A DNA stretch of 64,000 bases, taken from contig CP179889.1 of the NCBI GenBank assembly GCA_047456315.1, forward strand, positions 512,776-576,775, written 5' to 3'. Both the position numbers and the translations under genes were made by a program. Source of the DNA: Candidatus Nealsonbacteria bacterium (GTDB lineage Bacteria; Patescibacteriota; Minisyncoccia; Minisyncoccales; JANBVM01). Position 1 is the first letter of the stretch. Every line of letters starts with the position of its first letter. Shown here piece after piece: positions 59,771-64,000 of this stretch. Below the pieces are notes generated by a model. That model saw only the letters and a program-made list of their open reading frames with translations, had not been told where the DNA came from and searched no databases.

Positions 59771-60187
59771 TTATCGGCTTTTTTTAATAAATTTAGTTTT
59801 TACTGGTAATTTATCTGCTGCAGTTCTAAGCGCCTTAATGGCTAATTCTTCTTTTATCCCTTCTAATTCAAAAAGCACTCTCCCGGGCTTAACGGCGCAA
59901 GAATAATGCTTTAAGGAACCCTTTCCTCCTCCCATTGAAAACTCTGTTCCTTTTGATGTTATTGGCTTGTCAGGAAAAATCCTGATCCAGAGTTTGCCTC
60001 CTTTTTTAAGATGCCTGATAATTGCACGTCTGGCTGCCTCAATCTGCCTTGCGCTAATCCATCTGGCTTCAAGTGTTTTCAAACCATAGGAACCAAAAGA
60101 AAGTTCAGTTCCTCTTTTTGCCATTCCTTTTGATCTTCCTTTAAATCTCTTCCTATATTTTGTTTTCCGGGGCTGCAGTATCGCCAT
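59771..60187 (-). CDS. rplP: 50S ribosomal protein L16
   Basis: 138 aa; [15 protein letters not shown]...[10 protein letters not shown]. Confidence 0.96.
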   Translation of the reverse strand: MAILQPRKTKYRKRFKGRSKGMAKRGTELSFGSYGLKTLEARWISARQIEAARRAIIRHLKKGGKLWIRIFPDKPITSKGTEFSMGGGKGSLKHYSCAVKPGRVLFELEGIKEELAIKALRTAADKLPVKTKFIKKSR

Positions 60188-60866
60188 GTTCTTTAAATTT
60201 TTCTCCTTTATATATCCAAACCTTTACTCCTATTACTCCATAAGAGCATTTTGCTATTTTATGGGAATAATCAATATTTGCCCTTATTGTTTGTCTTGGA
60301 AGAAGCCCTTCTTTAAGCCATTCTTTTCTGGCAATAGCAATTCCATTTAATCTGCCAGTTAATTCAACTCTTGCTCCTTTAACTCCTTTCTGAGCTATTA
60401 CCTTGCCCAGGGTTTGCTTTAAAACACGTCTGTAACGCATTCTTTTCTCAATCTGGCCAACCATAAATAAAGCAACTAAAGAAGCATGAATCCAGGGGTT
60501 TTTAATTTCTCGTATCTCAAGCCTTAATCCCATCTTCTGTCTTTTATCCCTATCTTTTTTACTCCTGGTAAAGGTTTTTCTTAGAACATTATCTATTAAC
60601 TCTTTTTTAAGTTTTTCAACTCCCTCGCCTCCTCTTCCAATAATTAATCCTGGTCTGGAGCTAGAGATTATTACATTGATTCTTCCTGGTGACCTTTCAA
60701 TTTCAATTCTTCCTACTCCAAGCTTGCCAATTTTCTCATCAAGAAATTTTCTAATTTTAAAATCCTCCTCCAGATATGAGGCAAAATTATCCTCGTAAAA
60801 ACCGCGGGATTCCCAATCCTCTGTTCTTTGTATTCTAAATATTTTTGGATGGACTTTATGTGACAT
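60153..60866 (-). CDS. rpsC: 30S ribosomal protein S3
   Basis: 237 aa; [11 protein letters not shown]; KH domain [15 protein letters not shown]. Confidence 0.96.
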   Translation of the reverse strand: MSHKVHPKIFRIQRTEDWESRGFYEDNFASYLEEDFKIRKFLDEKIGKLGVGRIEIERSPGRINVIISSSRPGLIIGRGGEGVEKLKKELIDNVLRKTFTRSKKDRDKRQKMGLRLEIREIKNPWIHASLVALFMVGQIEKRMRYRRVLKQTLGKVIAQKGVKGARVELTGRLNGIAIARKEWLKEGLLPRQTIRANIDYSHKIAKCSYGVIGVKVWIYKGEKFKEHGDTAAPENKI

Positions 60867-60877
60867 AATATTAATAA

Positions 60878-61396
60878 TTAAAATGCTTTTCTTCTGAAGA
60901 ATCTTCTTAATCCTTTTCCTTTTTTAGCTCTGACCTTTTCTGGCTCAAACTTCTGCCTTGTCTTTTTCTCAACCGCTTCTTTTTTTTCTTCTTTTTCTTC
61001 TGGTAATTCCTTTTCTTTTACTATTTTTACCTTTGCTTTTGTTTTCTTCTTCTTAGCTTTCTTATCAATTTCATCTAAAACAAGAGTTATATGAGAAGTC
61101 TTTTTAAAAATTATATCAGCTCTGCCTCTGGCCCTGGGAAACTGTCTTTTGTGCTTTATTCCTTCATCAACAATAATCTTGGAAATATATAAGTTATTTT
61201 CATCTACCTGGAAATTACTCTTAGCGTTAGCTATTGCTTGCTTTAAAAGCTTTAAAACAGGCAAAGCTGCTCCTTTTCTGGTAAAAGTTAAAAGGATCTC
61301 TGCTTTCTTGGCTGTTTTCCCTCTGACCAGATTAGCAACTAATCTTACTTTTCTTGGCGCAATCCTTAAATATTTTAATTTAGCGGTTGAAATCAT
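60878..61396 (-). CDS. rplV: 50S ribosomal protein L22 with KE-rich C-terminal extension
   Basis: 172 aa; LRIAPRKVRLVANLVRGK...RARGRADIIFKKTSHITLVL. Confidence 0.95.
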   Translation of the reverse strand: MISTAKLKYLRIAPRKVRLVANLVRGKTAKKAEILLTFTRKGAALPVLKLLKQAIANAKSNFQVDENNLYISKIIVDEGIKHKRQFPRARGRADIIFKKTSHITLVLDEIDKKAKKKKTKAKVKIVKEKELPEEKEEKKEAVEKKTRQKFEPEKVRAKKGKGLRRFFRRKAF

Positions 61397-61405
61397 AACT
61401 ATTAA

Positions 61406-61714
61406 TTATTTCTTGCTAGTATCTTTCTGACTGGTTTTTTTCTCAAGCTCTTTCTGCATCCTTCCACCATGTCTTAAGAATTTAGTTGTTGGCGAAAACT
61501 CACCGAATTTATGACCAATCATGCCTTCATTAACTTTTACTGAAATAAATTGTTTTCCATTATGAACTAAAAAAGTATAGCCAATCATTTCAGGTGAGAT
61601 AGTTGAACGCCTGGACCAAGTCTTAATTGGTTTTGTCTTATCACCCTCTAATCTCTTAAGCTTTTTCAATAAATTCTCATCAATATATGGACCTTTTTTT
61701 AAACTTCTTGTCAT
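61406..61714 (-). CDS. rpsS: 30S ribosomal protein S19
   Basis: 102 aa; [12 protein letters not shown]...[26 protein letters not shown]. Confidence 0.96.
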   Translation of the reverse strand: MTRSLKKGPYIDENLLKKLKRLEGDKTKPIKTWSRRSTISPEMIGYTFLVHNGKQFISVKVNEGMIGHKFGEFSPTTKFLRHGGRMQKELEKKTSQKDTSKK

Positions 61715-61716
61715 AG

Positions 61717-62517
61717 TTATTTCTTTTTTCTTCTTTTTAAAATTAATTTATCTGTCCATCTTTTTCTTCTTGTTCTAACTCCTAAAGCTGGTTTTCCCCA
61801 AGGAGTTTTTGGATACTTCATTCCAATCGGACTCTTTCCTGTACCTCCTCCATGAGGATGATCAGGCGGATTCATTACTGTTCCTCTGACAGTGGGACGC
61901 CAACCTTTTAATCTTTTTCTTCCTGCTTTGCCCAGCTTCTCAAATCTTTTCTCTGGATGAGAAACCTGACCAATTGAAGCAAAACACTCTCCAGGCACTT
62001 TTCTAACCTCACTAGAAGGCAGTTGAAGATGAGTGTATCCTCCTTCATTAGCTAGAACCTTGGCTGAGGTGCCTGCTGATCTTACTATTTTCCCTCCTTC
62101 TCCTTTAGCTAATTCAATATTGTAAACTTGGGTGCCAACAGGAATGTTTTTTAGTTTTAACCTGTTTCCGTTTTTCAACTCAGCATTATCAGAACATATT
62201 ATCTCATCTTCTATTTTTATTCCAGCCGGAGCTAAAACATATCTTTTATCACCATCATCATATTCAACTAAAATCAAATAAGCGGTTCTGTATGGATCAT
62301 ATTCAATAGCAATTACTTTTCCTTTATGACCTATTTTCTCTTGGCCAAAATCAACAATTCTGTAGCGTCTTTTCACGCCTCCTCCCTTATGACGAACAGT
62401 AATTGTTCCTGAGCTTCCTCTGCCAGCTCTTTTCTTTAAAGTCAAAAGCAGTCCTTTTTCAGGCTTTTTCTTGGTTAATAATTTCCTGCTTTTAAATTGT
62501 TTTGGTCCTTTTTTCAT
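61717..62517 (-). CDS. rplB: 50S ribosomal protein L2
   Basis: 266 aa; [16 protein letters not shown]...[15 protein letters not shown]. Confidence 0.97.
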   Translation of the reverse strand: MKKGPKQFKSRKLLTKKKPEKGLLLTLKKRAGRGSSGTITVRHKGGGVKRRYRIVDFGQEKIGHKGKVIAIEYDPYRTAYLILVEYDDGDKRYVLAPAGIKIEDEIICSDNAELKNGNRLKLKNIPVGTQVYNIELAKGEGGKIVRSAGTSAKVLANEGGYTHLQLPSSEVRKVPGECFASIGQVSHPEKRFEKLGKAGRKRLKGWRPTVRGTVMNPPDHPHGGGTGKSPIGMKYPKTPWGKPALGVRTRRKRWTDKLILKRRKKK

Positions 62518-62530
62518 TTTAAAAATTTAA

Positions 62531-62965
62531 CTATCTTGGGGAAATTTCAATTTTCTGTCCTTTTTTAACCTCAACAATTGTCTTCTTGTAACCTCCCTTT
62601 ATTCCTTTTATTCCCTTAAAGATTCTTTTCTTTGAGGGCACTTTAATAATCTTTACGCTTACAACGTCTACATTATATAAATTCTCTACTGCCCTTTTAA
62701 TCTCAGTTTTGTTTGCTCTGTCATAAACCTTAAAAACATACTTGCCATTTTTAGCTAAATCTGTTGCTTTTTCTGTTATATGCGGAGCTTTTAAAATCCT
62801 GTAAGCGAATCCTTCATCAGTTTTTCTCCTTGCTTTTTTAATGGTCTTAACTGTTTCTTTTTTAATTTCTTTCTTAGCTTCAGCAGCAGGAACCAAAGAA
62901 GGTTTCTTTTCTTCTTTCTTTTTTTCTGGTTGTTTTTTTCTTTTAAAAAAATCTCTTAATGCCAT
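62531..62965 (-). CDS. rplW: 50S ribosomal protein L23 with Lys-rich N-terminal extension
   Basis: 144 aa; ILKAPHITEKAT...YVFKVYDRANKTEIKRAVENLYNVDV. Confidence 0.94.
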   Translation of the reverse strand: MALRDFFKRKKQPEKKKEEKKPSLVPAAEAKKEIKKETVKTIKKARRKTDEGFAYRILKAPHITEKATDLAKNGKYVFKVYDRANKTEIKRAVENLYNVDVVSVKIIKVPSKKRIFKGIKGIKGGYKKTIVEVKKGQKIEISPR

Positions 62966-62967
62966 AG

Positions 62968-63669
62968 TTATTTGCTTTCTGGTTTTTTCTTTTTATCTTG
63001 CTTTTTCCTTTTTTTATCTAAAATTTTAGAAGAAGTTGCTTTGGCTAAAAAAGTTCCTTCTATTACTTCAATGCTTTTTTTAGGCATAATCAAATATTTA
63101 AAAGACATAATGTCCAAGCAATTCAAATCTCTGGCCTGAATAGTCCTTGCATAAGGAATATTTTTGGTTGCTAAAACTATATTCTTATTTAATTCCGGCA
63201 AAGCAATTAAGGAAGTTTCTTTTTTAGGAACAACCTTGTTTAAAACTTCAAGCATTAACTTTGTTTTAGGTTTATCAACTTTTAACTCATCTAAAACAAT
63301 CAATAAGTTATTCTTTGCTTTAGCTGATAATACCATGAATAAGGCTAACTTTCTCATTTTTTTAGGAATTCGTTTCTTAAAAATCCTGTCTTTTCTTGGG
63401 CCAAATGTTACTCCTCCACCTATCCAGATTGGCGAACGTATTGAACCATGCCTTGCTTTACCTAAACCCTTCTGTCTCCATGGCTTTCTTCCTCCTCCTC
63501 TTACCTCGCCTCTGTTCTTGGTATGAGCTATTGGTCTTCGCCTGTTAGCCATTTGCGAAACAACAACCTGATGAATTAAATCATTGTTTGCTTTAACTTC
63601 AAAAACTCTCTTTGGCAGCAAAGTTTCTTTTAATTTTTCACCTTGTTGACTATGTATTGTAACTTTCAT
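62968..63669 (-). CDS. rplD: 50S ribosomal protein L4
   Basis: 233 aa; HTKNRGEVRGGGRKPWRQKGLGKARHGSIRSPIWIGGGVTFGP. Confidence 0.96.
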   Translation of the reverse strand: MKVTIHSQQGEKLKETLLPKRVFEVKANNDLIHQVVVSQMANRRRPIAHTKNRGEVRGGGRKPWRQKGLGKARHGSIRSPIWIGGGVTFGPRKDRIFKKRIPKKMRKLALFMVLSAKAKNNLLIVLDELKVDKPKTKLMLEVLNKVVPKKETSLIALPELNKNIVLATKNIPYARTIQARDLNCLDIMSFKYLIMPKKSIEVIEGTFLAKATSSKILDKKRKKQDKKKKPESK

Positions 63670-63677
63670 AAATATCT

Positions 63678-64000
63678 CTACTTAGACCTGATTTCCAATA
63701 AAGTTCCTTTTCTTCCAGGAACAGCTCCCTTTACCATTAAAACATTATTCTTTTTATCAATTTCAACAACTTTTAAGTTTTTAACTGTTATTCTGTCAAA
63801 GCCCATTCTGCCAGGCATTTTCTTTCCTTTAATAACTCGTGAAGGTGTTGAAGCTCCTATTGAACCTATTGATCTGATTGAGCCCTTTGATCCTCTGGTG
63901 CTTGGCTGCCCCCTAAAACCCCATCTTTTAACTCCACCAGCAAACCCTTTTCCTTTTGAAAAACCTGATATTTTAACTGACTTAATATCTTCAAATAAAG
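63678..64000 (-). CDS. rplC: 50S ribosomal protein L3, 3' part (gene continues past window end)
   Basis: Own translation of the reverse strand ends ...VLMVKGAVPGRKGTLLEIRSK* (TAG at 63678-63680). Canonical position upstream of rplD. Confidence 0.9.
   Translation of the reverse strand, partial: LFEDIKSVKISGFSKGKGFAGGVKRWGFRGQPSTRGSKGSIRSIGSIGASTPSRVIKGKKMPGRMGFDRITVKNLKVVEIDKKNNVLMVKGAVPGRKGTLLEIRSK

Noticed and set aside
1-64000. CRISPR arrays, rRNA operons, IS elements/transposases, prophage genes, and alternative genetic code (UGA recoding as in Gracilibacteria/Absconditabacteria)
   Set aside because: No regularly spaced direct repeats and no rRNA-like conserved stretches. No transposase or integrase motifs appear in any frame. 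All conserved genes are intact under code 11, and TGA terminates rpmJ and infA at the expected protein ends.

Overview
AT-rich (about 30% GC by eye), about 90% coding 64-kb window with almost every gene on the minus strand. Gene content and quirks point to a reduced-genome Patescibacteria/CPR (Parcubacteria-like) bacterium using the standard code: no rpmD between rpsE and rplO, rplK not followed by rplA, trimmed aminoacyl-tRNA synthetases, Lys-rich tails on many proteins, inteins, and salvage-type nucleotide genes. TGA is used as a stop, for example in rpmJ and infA. The right third (41.3-64 kb) is the large ribosomal-protein/secY/adk/map/infA/rpoA cluster, split by a 7.4-kb block between map and infA that carries alaS, tpiA, galT-like and GT2 genes, a RelE/RelB pair and hypotheticals. 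The rest holds replication, translation and envelope housekeeping genes (rnc, nusB, rnhB, dnaE, thrS, gatB, gatCA, pheST, proS, gyrB, two mreB, rseP, frr, holB, secE-nusG-rplK), three tRNAs, and a co-directional deoxypyrimidine/nucleotide cluster (14.1-21.0 kb). Observations most worth follow-up: (1) a leaderless 19-codon ORF with five consecutive Thr codons plus alternative hairpins and a terminator just upstream of thrS, which looks like a ribosome-mediated attenuator. (2) A thymidylate-synthase core embedded in an MtrA-like/DUF4346 scaffold, next to dCMP deaminase, Nudix, HIT, cytidylyltransferase, tmk and deoC genes and a DUF4430/membrane pair. (3) LAGLIDADG inteins in the active-site motifs of RNase HII and GyrB. 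(4) A MiaB-MiaA fusion. (5) An RpoA with no alpha-CTD. (6) An orphan promoter-to-terminator unit encoding a rod-like RNA of about 210 nt. (7) Initiator and elongator tRNA-CAU genes with non-canonical elbow and anticodon-loop nucleotides. (8) Sigma70-like -10 boxes placed 6-9 nt before the ATG of many first genes, suggesting leaderless mRNAs. No CRISPR array, rRNA, transposase or integrase was seen. All calls come from reading the sequence and motif recall; no database search was run.
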